Assembly: GCF_006345805.1 (NCBI RefSeq)
Contig: NC_043010.1
Coordinates: 51,708,001-51,772,000 of the forward strand
Reading direction: 5' to 3'
Source of the DNA: Octopus sinensis
Lineage: Eukaryota
Length of the DNA: 64,000 nucleotides
Part shown: in pieces, positions 40,232-52,439 of the stretch
How the letters are laid out: every line of letters begins with the position of its first letter
Numbering within the stretch: position 1 is the stretch's first letter
The notes under the pieces: model-generated
What the model saw: the letters and a program-made list of their open reading frames with translations, nothing else
What the model was told of the DNA's origin: nothing
Databases searched by the model: none
Made by a program: the position numbers and the translations under genes

Positions 40232-40566
40232 GCATTGACTGGCTTCCGTGCCAGTGGCACGCAAAAAGCACCATCTGAACGTGGTCGATGCCAGTTCTTC
40301 TGGCCCCTGTGCCAGTGGCACGCAAAAAGCACCATCTGAACATGGTCGATGCCAGTTCTTCTGGCCCCTGTGCAGGTGCAGGTGGCACGTAAAAAGCACC
40401 CACTACACTCTTGGAGTGGTTGGCGTTAGGAAGGGCATCCAGCTGTAGAAACACTGTCAGATAAGATTGGGGCCTGGTGCAGCCTCCTGGCTTCCCAGAC
40501 CCCAGTCGAACTGTCCAACCCATGCCAACATGGAAAACGGACATTAAACGATGATGATGATGATGA
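40232..40566 (+). mobile_element. Retroposon family B
   Basis: Internal tandem duplication of a unit of about 60 bp. Confidence 0.85.
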
Positions 40567-41201
40567 TATCATTGCCATTATGGCCAAGTATCATAAGTTC
40601 AAAATGTTGCTTTTCAGAAAATGAAAAAGTAGTTTCACCATTCCAAAGCAAAAACTACACCTTGACAATCTTTGACATCTTAGCATCTGAAGCAGCTGAT
40701 GATGTGGTAGTTTGACCACAAGAATCAGCTATTGCAAACAAAAATAAATAAATAAATATTGAAAAAAAAAAGCATTTGGCCAAATTTGGATATACAACAG
40801 TTTAGCATAATAGCAACGATATATATATATATATATATATATAGTGTCTCCTCACCGAAAAGGTAATTATTTTTCCATGCTTGCTGATAAATTGTTTTTG
40901 TGTCTCCTTTTGTCTCAAAGCCGTAGGGCGCCTGTGTCATCCTTGTTTTTAACCGTTACTGTCTTCAAAAAAGTTTTTTTTTCATTTCATGTTCATCTCT
41001 GTTGCATTGCATTCTTTCCTTCTGGGGCTGGCCGATTCAGAGCAGATCTCAGAATTAAACAGCCGAAATCTGCGATGATGAATCGGTTTCTGACTGAAGA
41101 ACGAAGGCTTTGAATGACCCGTCTGTCTCTTATGTTCGTCCCTTCATGTATTTCACGTTATTTATATATGTAAAGGTTTATTATATTATATATATATATA
41201 C

Positions 41202-41232
<31 letters not shown>

Positions 41233-41767
41233 CATATATATATATACATATTTATATATATACATATATACATCTAGCCTAATGGTTAGGGTGTTGCACT
41301 TATGATCACAAGATCACATTCACCCTGCTTAATAGTATTCAATTCTACTCACCTCATACTTTGAGGATCCACCCTGACAGCTCATCTCTGCTATCTTTAT
41401 CTCTTTCCAGCTGCACCCAATCACTCCCACCCCCTTTTTAAAATGCGAACAGTCATGTAGCTTCTCAACAGCAACAAACCTGTTCTAGCCCCTTCTCTTA
41501 TACTTTACCCACTCATTGCCTAAAAAATACAAAAAAAACCCCCCACTTCTGTCTCCACCATGCAGGGTTTGTAGCCTTGCAAACTGCTTGCTTACCTCAA
41601 AAGTGCTGTTGCTATGGAAAAAGCACCTAGTACATGCTTCAAAGAGGTTGGCATCAGGAAGGGGCCAAACCACAAGAACAGTGGCAAATGAACATCTTCA
41701 TCAAATGTGAAACAGGTGTGAGTCATATGACCTCCTTCGAGTTAAAAAACAAGCATATTTCGCTTAC

Positions 41768-41823
41768 CATTGTGCAATGTATATAAGAATGGAACCTGGT
41801 GTATAGAGTCAAAACACACTCAC
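41768..41823 (-). other. Candidate 56-nt 5'UTR exon ending in ATG, or recursive splice site
   Basis: ttctcttttttcttatttgtttcag|GTGAGT...GCACAATG|gtaagc. The acceptor is immediately followed by a consensus donor GTGAGT. Confidence 0.35.
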
Positions 41824-41929
41824 CTGAAACAAATAAGAAAAAAGAGAATTATATTTTTGTTGTAGAATATAATAAAAGACATACAAAAAGAATCACAAAG
41901 GTAAAAGAAATAAATGCATGTGTGTGTAA

Positions 41930-42145
41930 GGAGGGGAGCTAAAAAGCTCTTAGTTTTAAGGGTATCACGAAAGGACTGGTTGGAGGTTCAACTTTCTGAG
42001 TTCTTTTACAGGGCTTAGAAAAACTGAAGGACCACTGCAATAAGTGTGTGAATCTGACAGGAGAATATGTTGAGTAAAATCATAATTAACTGAACCTCTA
42101 ATATTTTCTTTTACCCAAAGTTAGTAACTATTCAGTACCCACTCA
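41930..42145. mobile_element. Mariner-derived MITE, copy 3 (inverted)
   Basis: Reverse complement of the 26368-26590 body. Confidence 0.7.
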
Positions 42146-42412
42146 TCATCATCATCATCATCATTGTTTAACGTCCACTTTCCATGCTAGCATGGGTTGG
42201 ACGATTTGCCTGAGGACTGGCGAACCAGATGGCTGCACCCAGCTCCAATCTTGATCTGGCAGAGTTTCTACAGTTGGATGCCCTTCCTAATGCCAACCCT
42301 TCCTAATGCTTTTACATGCCACTGGCACAAGGGCCAGTCAGGCGGTACTGGCAACGGCCACGCTCAAATGGTGTCTTTTACGTGCCACCTGCACAGGAGC
42401 CAGTCCAGCGGT
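42144..42412 (-). mobile_element. Retroposon family B
   Basis: Same body and tail, inverted. Confidence 0.8.
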
Positions 42413-42822
42413 ATTGATAAATAAATAAATATAGATGGAAGGGTATCCAGCTATAGAAACCATGCTAAAACAGACAAATGGAGCCCAGACAGCTCTTCAG
42501 TTGGCTAGCTCCTGTCAAACCATCCAACCCATGCCAGTGAGGAAAACAAACATTGAATAGTGATGATGATGATGATGATGATATATATATATAACTTAAA
42601 CTGAAGAAGATTTATGTAATGGAGGCATTTCCTCAATGGATGGATGGATGAATAGACAGACAGATAGATGCACATGGATACAAATGCAGTTTATTTTTAG
42701 TGAAGAGGGCCTTTTATCAGTAGGTGAAAACTGTTGACCAAAAATAATCAAGTAATTCATTGTTGCACTAGTCAATGTGTTAAACAATTATACTTTCTTT
42801 CCCACTCATTATATATATGTAT

Positions 42823-42853
<31 letters not shown>

Positions 42854-43085
42854 TATGTATGAATTGCAATAGGCATGAAAGTACCACAGTAAAAACATCA
42901 AGCATGTATACAAACAACATATACACCAATTTGAATGCATATATTTATAAATGCATAAGCAGGGAGGAAAAAAAAGGAAGAGGAGAAAGAGTGAAGACAG
43001 AGAAAAAAAGAAACACAAATGCATGCACGCACAAATTCACAGATGTACCTACACCTATCTTCATCTTTTGTTTATTGTAAATTTG

Positions 43086-43148
<63 letters not shown>

Positions 43149-43230
43149 TATATATTCGGGTGTAAGTTGTCTAAAGGTCCATAAGTCAGGAAAAATATGC
43201 ACTCATACAGGGAGCAGTTGCCATATTTCA

Positions 43231-43340
43231 TTCCATATCAGGTACCTCTGATGAGTGTAGGGTTATATAATCAGACTGTTACCTAACACTCCATTGTACT
43301 CCTAGCACGAAACTGATTGGTAAGATCAGCTGTGATGGAT
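43231..43340 (+). ncRNA. Type I hammerhead ribozyme motif
   Basis: cct CTGATGA gtgtagg..(39 nt)..cctagcac GAAA CTGATTG GTA ag. Stem II 7 bp with one bulge, GUA triplet, imperfect stem I with distal tccatatcag/ctgtgatgga pairing. Confidence 0.6.
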
Positions 43341-43559
43341 ATATAATACTGTACACTTCAGATTATATACACACACACACACACTCAGCACGCACACACA
43401 CACACACACACACACACGGGCATAGCTAGGTGAGGCAAGCAGGGCACATGCCCTGGGTGCTATTTTGAGGGGTTGCAATTTTGGCAAAGATCATTTTCTA
43501 ATTAAGCCATTAAAAAAAATTTTTTAACCATACAGCTGTGTGCTAAGAAGGTTGCTTCT

Positions 43560-43970
43560 CAGGTGGCTGCGAAGGTCATGGGGGAGACTGACCTGTTCAG
43601 GATAATAGACTCCTTCCTAGAGGATACCTTTATATTCATGCTAAATTGGCCCGACTTGACGCCGTCCAGGTGTTTAACTGAGGCGAGAAGTCTGGTCAGG
43701 CAGGAAGATTTGTAATTAATTAAGGTAAGAGGCTTGGTGCTTCATTTGTATTGTTTCATTGATTTTATAATTGACTTGTATAAGAGGTTTATTGCCTCAC
43801 AATTGCTTTTTGTGTTGTAAATGTAAGAGGTTTATTGCCACATTTATGTTTTACTTTGAACTATGTAAGAGGTTTGTTGCCTCAAATATGGTACTTATAA
43901 AGAACAATGTGCTCGGGTAAACAGCAATTGGCGGGGGGGCGTTGCTTGTTGCCCTCGTTATTATCATATC
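43560..43970 (+). mobile_element. Unclassified retroelement 3' end
   Basis: Coding-like remnant ending in a stop, then three copies of taagaggttt(a/g)ttgcc and an (ATT/ATC) tail. Confidence 0.4.
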
Positions 43971-44440
43971 GTTTATCATTTCATTTCATTATGTCTTTGT
44001 CTAGCCTGCAGCTTCCTTCCTTTATGGCCAATCTAAGACATGGGGTGATGCTATGTAGGATGAGAGACAGTTAGGTAAAGAAGTGACAAGTGATCTCAAT
44101 GGAAGATGAAGATCTCAGAACAAAACTGAACTTTACAAAGAAGATGCAACAAGTAGTGGGATGATGCCTGGAACGATTCACATCCAATCTCTGCAACTAT
44201 GGGAAAATACAAACCAAAAGCAAAAGAACAAAATATAAAAAAGATGATGGTGATGCAGGCATGGTTGCGGGGTTAAGAAGCTTGGTTTGTAACTAAGTGG
44301 TTTCAAGTTCAGTCCCACTGTGCAGCACCTTGGGCAAGTGTTTTCTGCTATAGGCTTCGGGCCAACCGATGACTTATGAGTGAATTTGAGAGATGGAGAC
44401 TGTGTGGACGCCCACTGTGTAGGCTATGTGCTTTCGGCAA

Positions 44441-44505
44441 GCATATCTGATGAGTCATCAGTATTACCAAGTACAATAGCCGATGTGAAACCAATGGTAA
44501 CCTTC
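44441..44505 (+). ncRNA. Decayed hammerhead-like motif
   Basis: CTGATGA gtcatc..gatgt GAAA CCAATG GTA; partial stem II, no convincing stem I. Confidence 0.35.
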
Positions 44506-44554
44506 TGACTTGTTTTATGCCATAACCAAAACTATTCTACTTGATAATATAAAA

Positions 44555-44960
44555 GCGTAGGTGTGGCTGTGTGGTAAGAAGTTTGTTTTGTAACCACACA
44601 GTTCTGGATTCAGTCCCACTGCATGGCACCTTGGGCAAGTATAGCCTCAGACCAACCAAAGCCTTGTGAGTGGATTTGGTAGATGGAAACTGAAAGAAGC
44701 CCACCATATGTGTGTGTGTGTGTGTGTGTGTGCATCTTTTTGCCTGTGTTTGTCCCTCCCCCTCATCACCGCTTGACAACCAGTGTTGGTGTGTTTATGT
44801 CCCTGTAACTAAGTGGTTTGGCAAAAGAGACTGATAGAATAAGTACTAGGCTTTAAAAATAAAAATAAGTTCCGGTGCCAATTTGTTTCATTAAAAGCCC
44901 CTCAAGGTGGTGTTCTAGCATGGCCACAGTCCAATAATTGAAACAAGTAAAAGATTAAAA
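44555..44960 (+). mobile_element. SINE family A
   Basis: Full-length copy; a separate head lies at 44262-44415. Confidence 0.85.
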
Positions 44961-45321
44961 AATAAAGATTGTGATGACGATGAGGAAGATGATGATGATA
45001 TGCACAAATATGCAGTAATTATTCATGACAACTGCACTGCTATGCCAACACTATATCCCTCCCCCAAACTCAAACCTACCTCCTCCAAAATAAAATATCA
45101 CTCCTCCACTACCACTCCCACCACAACAACTACTACTACTACTACTACTACCTCCACCAGTAGAACCAACAAACTGTTGCATATAGCTGAATTCCTCGAT
45201 AATTCTTCGCATGAAATATTCTTGAAATGTCAGATTCTTATCAGACGACACATAGTTTACACAGAATGGAATGTTGTCTTCTCAAGAAAGATGAATCAAA
45301 ACAATTTTATCTGCCTCAACT

Positions 45322-45384
<63 letters not shown>

Positions 45385-45909
45385 ATGCCTAGAAGCACCC
45401 ACATGTATACATGTATATTCACATATGCACACGCATCCATTTCAATGGTTTCACATATTCGTATGTATTTCTGATTTCAATAAACACAGACGTATGTGTG
45501 TGTGTGTGTGTGTATGAATATATGGGAGGGACCTAGTGCTGAGAGTGTTGGCCTCAAAAGGTCAGAGTTTACATTCCTGAAATGGCCAATGCATTATGTT
45601 CTTGAGCAAGACACGCCATTTCATGCTGGCCTTGTCTATTCTGCTGAAGACGAGTATCAATTCAGTTCTAGCGCAGCCAGCCCCTTCATTTCTCTCTCTC
45701 TCTCTCTCTCTCTCCCTTTCCAGCTGTTTCATTCTTGATGTTCTGCTGAATGAAGAGCAGTAAACCCAAAAAGGGTATCTATATGTGTTTGGCTACATAG
45801 GCACCTAAAACAATAAGCAAAACCATGATACAAGCTACCAGGTCAAACTTGTGAGCGATTACTAAGAAGCACGAATGAATTTGTATGTGTATGTATATGT
45901 GTATGTACA

Positions 45910-45957
<48 letters not shown>

Positions 45958-45989
45958 ATAATAATATAATAATAATAATAATCTTAATC

Positions 45990-46480
45990 TCACTCCTCTG
46001 GAACTTCACCATTCAAACTGACAGAAAGATAGATGCAAATAGGCTAGATATCATATTGAAAGACTTCAGACAAAGAACATGCCTCCTCATTGATATGATT
46101 GTTCCAATCGATATGAACGTATCTGTCAAGACCTACCAAAAACTGAGCAAATATAAAAATCTTGAAATAGAAATTAGCAAAAATGTGGAACCTGAAGACT
46201 AAAACAATACATGTTGTCATAGGTGCCCTGGAAATGATAGCAAGAGGGGCTGATTACGACCTAGCTCAGATACCAGGAAACCCCAAAATTGCAGAAATTC
46301 AAAAGATAGTGCTCATGGGAACTGCCCATATCCTACGCAAAATACTTTCTATGTAATCTCAAGTTTTAAAACAAACACATAATTTTCTTATGGTTTCTTA
46401 AACATTCTCTAGAACAACACTATGTACAAAACCAAATATATGGCACCCTAGGCATAACACCAACATGAACTTCCAACTTG
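45990..46480 (+). mobile_element. Non-LTR retrotransposon 3' end with restriction-like endonuclease (R2/R4/NeSL type)
   Basis: LWNFTIQTDRKIDANRLDII.KD..RTCLLIDMIVPID.NVSVK..KLSKYKNLEIEI, a PD..D/ExK-like RLE domain. Confidence 0.85.
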
Positions 46481-46561
46481 TTGTCTCTTGAGGTCTCTGG
46501 GTCAGACTTGGAGCCAACTTGTAAAAATGTAAAGCAAAAGTCCAACATAAAATAATATTAG

Positions 46562-47160
46562 TAAAGTTTATTTGCTAACATAACATGGCAGTCATGAATA
46601 GCACTATGTTACTACTTTTTAACCCTAGGAAAACATCTTTTCCAGCTGGTTTATTGATACATGATCTGTGTCCAAGACATACCATAAGGGGGCCTACTAC
46701 AGTACAAGCAGACCAATGGTTTCTGGGTAATTTCCATTCTTTGGTACTAGACAACAGCCTGGCTAGAGACAGTAGCCAGCCGACCTTACAGTATATATTT
46801 ATCAAAGCAATTGTCAGTCCCTGATCTAGTAAGGAGAAAAACAACTAGTTTGAAACCTCTGATTGATATCTATGCAGTAACAGTACTGAATAATAAAGTT
46901 TATTTGCCTACATAATGTAGCAGTCCTGAATAGAACTATATTACTACTTTTTATCCCCAGGAAAACATCTTTTCCAACTAGTTTATTGATACATGATCTA
47001 TGTCCGAGACATACTGTAAATAAGGGGGTCTACTACTTCCTTCTAGCCATTGGTAGTACCAGCAGACTATTGGGTAATTTCCCTTCTTCAGTACGGGAAA
47101 ACTGCCTGGCTAGAGACAGCAGCCAGTTGACCTTACTCACAGTATATATTTATCAAAGAG
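46562..47160. repeat. Tandem duplication, unit about 332 bp
   Basis: taaagtttatttgc..ggaaaacatcttttcca..tatatatttatcaaag at 46562 and 46894. Confidence 0.85.
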
Positions 47161-47484
47161 ACTGAAATAATATTTTATAAGCTTAAAGCTTATAAGCGAC
47201 CACTGTGCATAAAGGTAAATAGTCTAATATTAGGGCTTATAAGACCTCAACGGAAAAAGTAGGGTTTGCTGTATCCATGGATCTCAAACCCACACCTATA
47301 TATTCATGACGGAAAACAGTCAGGGGTATGTGTGTTTACGTCCCCGTAACTTAGTAGTTTGGCAAAATAGACCAATAGAATAAGTACTAGGCTTACAAAG
47401 AATAAGTCTTGGGGTTGATTTACTCGACTAAAGACAGTGCTCCAGCATGGCTGCAGTCAAATGACTGAAACAAGTAAAAGAGTT

Positions 47485-50030
47485 TAAGAAAGTTTCCTTC
47501 GAAGCATACCACAGAAGATATGAGCAAATCTTCAAGAAAGAATGTAAAGAATGAGACAAAGAGATGAAAGCACACTTAATCTTGAGAAAACTGGTGGCAG
47601 CAGAACATGAATGATACAGTAATTGTGTACTCCCAAGAAAACACGCTTTAATGACACAATAAAAATATTGTGTAAAATTTTCAGTGAAAAACACTCATTG
47701 TTCAACACATGTTGGAAGTGTCTGAACACAGAAAAACAATGACAAGGACTACATCCATTATGCTGGTAAAGTAAACAGGGAATGTGAGAAGTTTAAGCTG
47801 GATGAATTAATGCCAGATATGTTCAAATGCCTGATTTTTACACAGGGACTTACTGCCAAAAAGGACACAGAAATTAGAACTAGAATTCTTGCAAAGCTGG
47901 AACAAAACCAGGATGTAACTCTACAGCAAGTGTCAGAAGAATGTGAAAGGATAGTCAAATTAAGACACAACACAGAGGAAATTGAACATAAAGATAATTT
48001 CCAAGTAAAGCAAGTGTGAAATAATCAGAATAGAGATAAAGGGTTTTCTAAAAAAAACACAACGAAAATCAGGAAATCAACCCATATTTTGCATGTGGAG
48101 GTATATGTCCAAGAAAAAAATTGTCCATTTAAAAAACAGAATGTTTTCATTGTGGTAATATAGGACATATAAAGACACACAGTATAACAAAAATGTCAGA
48201 ACAAAGGAAAAAGAATAAATAGTATATCATTAGAAGAAATTGGTAATATGATGATGAGAAAATTCATGAAGGTGAAAATCAGAAATACAAGAGTTATCAC
48301 CATTATAAATGGAAAGACTTAGAAATATGCAGGTAAGCTGAAATTAATTAAATTGAAAAAGGTAGCACATGGTGTTATGGGAAAAAGATATTTCTTTTGC
48401 TGAATTCCTATGTAATGTAACATTTTGAGGTCAAACACAAATGGTGAAGATATATGTGTTAAATAATTCATGTAATTTATTTGGCACAGAGTGGATGGAA
48501 CTATTCAAAATATGAAATATGCCCATAAGTGTTTTGTATGGAAATATAGTCAGTTCGGTGAAAGGTTTGAATGCAGCTGAGGGACTGAAAGAAAAAATTG
48601 CCGTAAAACAGATTGGAACACCTGTATGTAAGCCAAAATGAAATTTTAAAAATTGCCAACAGTAAGAAGTAAACATTGTCCAAAAGTAGATGTTCTGTGA
48701 TCAAGACTACACGTCAATTTTGATGGTCATTTAACCCTTTTGATACTAACTCGGCCAAAACCAGCTCTGGCTCTGTCGTATAAATGTCTTGTTTTCATAA
48801 GTTTTTCATTAAAATATACCACCAAACCTTAGTCACAATTTATGATCCTAACAGTAGCTGAATGATAAGTAAGTTATTTTACTAAATTCTTTGTTATATT
48901 TAAAATTAATTGAAAGAAACACAGAGCATCTCAAAATGAATATGGTAACAAAAGGGTTAAATGATTCATACTACTTAGTGGTAGTTGGTAGTTTCTTGAA
49001 ATGGCCAGAAATTTGTAAGTGTAAAAAACCAACTTCCTCAACTGTGATAAATTTTTTACATGAATCGCTTGCAAGATTTGGCATTGCAGACAAGATAGTG
49101 TCTGAAAATGGAATGTAATTTGTGTGTAGTGAATTTTAAAAATTTTGTGAAACATTCGTGGTAGAACATGTAACTACAGTGTCATACCATCCCACAACTA
49201 ATGGACAGGTAGAATGCTTTGCCAATACCTTCAAAAGATCCCTTAGAAAATCAAATAAGGAAGTCACAGATGAGGTAGCTCTACAACAATTTTTAAGAGT
49301 GTACCGTGTGACACCAAATCCAAATACACCAGCAGGTAGATCACCAGTGGAGTTGATATTTGCAAGGAAAGTAAAATTAGTCTTTGATAAATTGCTGCCT
49401 GGCAAGAAAAGAAAAAGTGCAAGGGAAGGCACAGCAAGATTCTTTAAAGTTGGTGAACGGTGTGTATGAGGGCATACAAGAATGGAAAGCAGAGTTGGGA
49501 AGATGGTGTAATTACCAAATGCATTGGTAAAATGATGTATTGGGTAAAAAGTAGAAAAGGGTATCTATATGTGTTTGTGACACAGGAACCAGCTGAAAAA
49601 AAGATTCGTGGAAAGCGAACCAAAAAAGTTGGAGAAACCGATAGAATGGTTGTACGATACATTCCAAGTACCAACACCACTGCAAAGGATTGAACCCAGG
49701 TGTACGAGTGAGAGGAAAAGAAAAGATACAGAGTTCCTGAAAATAGATGCCAAGCACAAAAAATTTTAAATTATACGAAAAAACCTCAAAAAAGGGAGGT
49801 GGGGGTGAATAAAAAAATTCTTCTAAATAAAATGACACTTCCTAAGAAAAACTTAAAAGGGGAGATGTTGTAGGGAATTAGTAAGGATGGTACACCCTTC
49901 CCACGTGATGAATGGAATAACCTAGTCACTATAAGTAAAGAGAAGTTAATGAAGTAGAGGAGTATGTGGTTAGAGATAGTCGTGTCTTTACTGGTTTTAC
50001 TGAGTATACTGTAAACCGAAGGATTACATC
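47485..50030 (+). mobile_element. Decayed Ty3/Gypsy LTR retrotransposon (gag, protease and integrase remnants, PPT, 3' LTR)
   Basis: gag-like FKCLIFTQGLTAKKDTEIRTRIL; integrase YHPTTNGQVECFANTFK..YRVTPNPNTPAGRSPVEL; PPT aaaaggggaga directly before TGTTG at 49866. Confidence 0.85.
48735..48956. mobile_element. piggyBac-type MITE inserted in the Gypsy relic
   Basis: TTAA on both sides (48731-34, 48957-60); TIR CCCTTTTGATAC / GTAACAAAAGGG. Related copies at about 9700-9838, 19105-19325 and 19560-19775. Confidence 0.85.
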
Positions 50031-50068
50031 AGTATCTTTGTATTTGTCTTCACCACTGCCACTTGACA

Positions 50069-50275
50069 ACTCTTTTACTTGTTTCAGTCATTTGACCATG
50101 GCCATGCTGGAGCACTGCCTTTTAGTCAAGCAAATCAACTCCAGGACTTATTCTTTGTAAGCCTAGTACTTATTCTATCAGTCTCTTCTGCCGAACCGCT
50201 AAGTTATGGGGACGTAAACACACCAGCATCGGTTGTCAAGCGATGTTGAGGGGACAAACACAGATACACAAACAT

Positions 50276-50306
<31 letters not shown>

Positions 50307-50482
50307 CACATATATATGATGGGTTTCTTTCAGATTCCATCTACCAAATCCACTCATAAGGCTTTGGTTGGCCTGAGGCTATAGTAGAAGACACTTGCCC
50401 AAGGTGCCACGCAGTGGAACTGAACCCGGAACCATGTGGTTGGTAAGCAAGCTACTTACCACACAACCACTCCTACGCCTAT
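50069..50482 (-). mobile_element. SINE family A
   Basis: Full-length copy; an inverted partial tail follows at 50490-50685. Confidence 0.88.
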
Positions 50483-51089
50483 AAACTGGTGAAGATTTGT
50501 TTAAATCCCAGTAACTTAGCAGTTCAGCAAAGAGAGACCCAATAGAACCAATAGAATAAGTATTAAGCTTTTTGTTTTTTGTAAAACAAAAAGTATTGGG
50601 GCCAATTTCTTCAACCAAATTCTTCAAGTGGTACCCCAGTATGGCCACAGTAAAATGACTTAAACAAGTAAAAAATAAGACAAAAGATAAACGCGACTGA
50701 TGCTGTCCAACATCAAGAAACTCTGCTGCATAGGTCACATGTAGTAGCTACATGGCTAGAGAAACTATATTTTACAGTCTCTGTCAGTTGGAGCAGGCAT
50801 TAAATTTTACATTTGTTTCATGTAAATGCACCAGCAGTTTACTTTGATTTATTGCTTCTAAATATATTCACTGACAAATGATACACTAGTCACGATCTTA
50901 TATGGATTATCAAATGCAAATATTTTCTGCATCTTATTAACATATAACGTATCCTTTTATCATTATCATCATTATTTTTATTATTATTCTTGTTTTGTGT
51001 TGTCTTTTATGCCTGTGTCATGTCATTTAATATTATTGTATGTGAGCCGTTGTGGTTAATAAAGAAAATGATAATAATAATAATAATCA

Positions 51090-51302
51090 TTATCATCATC
51101 ATTTAGCATCCGCTTTTCATGCTAGCATGGGTTGGACAGTTCAACTGGGGTCTGGGAAGCCAGAAGGCTGCACCAAGCCCAGTCTGATCTGGCAAAGTTT
51201 CTATGGCTGGATGCCCTTCCTAATGCCAACCACTCCGTGAGTGTAGTGGGTGCTTTTTACGTGCCACCGGCACAGGTGCCAGACGGGGCTGGCAAACGGC
51301 CA
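51090..51302 (-). mobile_element. Retroposon family B
   Basis: Same body and tail; further decayed copies at 31250-31480 and 60480-60640. Confidence 0.85.
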
Positions 51303-51320
51303 ATAATAATAATAATAATA

Positions 51321-51361
<41 letters not shown>

Positions 51362-52439
51362 CATCATCATCATCATCACTGTTGCAAGGCGGTTTGCTGG
51401 CAGAATTGTTAGCACACTGGAAAAAATGCTTAGCAATATTTCATCCGTTGTTACATTCTGAGTTCAAATTCCGCCACAGGAGCCAGAGGAGGCTGGAAAC
51501 ATCCATGATCGGTTGGTGCTTTCGTGCCACCAGTCAAAGCAGCGCTGGCATCGGCTACATTTAGATGGTAATTTTTACGTGCCACCGGCACAGGTATCAC
51601 AAGTACAATTTCCATTTGATTTTTATTTTGATGTTGATGTACTTGACTTAATAGGTCCCCTCAAGCACAGCAGGTCACCCTACGATCCAAGGTAAGCACA
51701 GCAGGCCATCCTGCAAGCCATGAACTCACTTTATTTGTCGGCTCTTCACAGTCACAGCATATCTCCTGAGGTCTCGGTCTTTCGTCATTGCTTCTGTGAG
51801 GCCCAACTTTCAAAGGTCATGCTTGACCACCTCATCCCATGTCTTCCTGGGTCTACCTCTACCCCGAATTCCTTCAACTGTTTGGAAGTGGCACTTCTTC
51901 ACATTCCTGCTGGCTTTGTACTAAAATTCAAAACCATTATCATCATCATCATCATCATTTTTATTGTCATTTCATTATTTTTATTTCATATTTTTGTTTC
52001 CATTATTAATTTTGTTATCTATTTTTGGTTTTGTTAAGCTAACATGAATTATACAATGCAGCAATATGTTACATCATAAATCTGTTTAAGCATTTAAATT
52101 AAATTCCTTAGTGAATAGCAATTCTCAAATAGCTCAACTTCAAACACTTTGTTTCTCTACTCTAGAAGTAAATACACTATCAGCTCTAGTTCTCTCATAT
52201 CATGTGCAAGCTCTGCTTATGTGTTCCATGATGCACTTATATACCAGCAATCTGTAAGGGATAAACGAAACAACAAATACGCAGACAGTATCATTGCACC
52301 AGTTGATAAGAGAGCTTTCAGTTATGAAAAGAAACATTATCAGTTTAATGTCCACAGTTCCATGCTTGCATGGGTTAGACAGAATTTGTTCAGACAAATT
52401 TTCTACAGCCAGATGCCCTTCCTATCACCAATCCTCCCT

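Noticed and set aside
45080-45251. Possible start exon of the SDR gene (MSSDK..VIFYFGG|gtaggt, phase 1)
   Set aside because: Phase and donor fit, but the peptide runs through a (GTA)n repeat, gives three glycines before TGFIG and does not resemble the family N-terminus. Not supported without RNA data.
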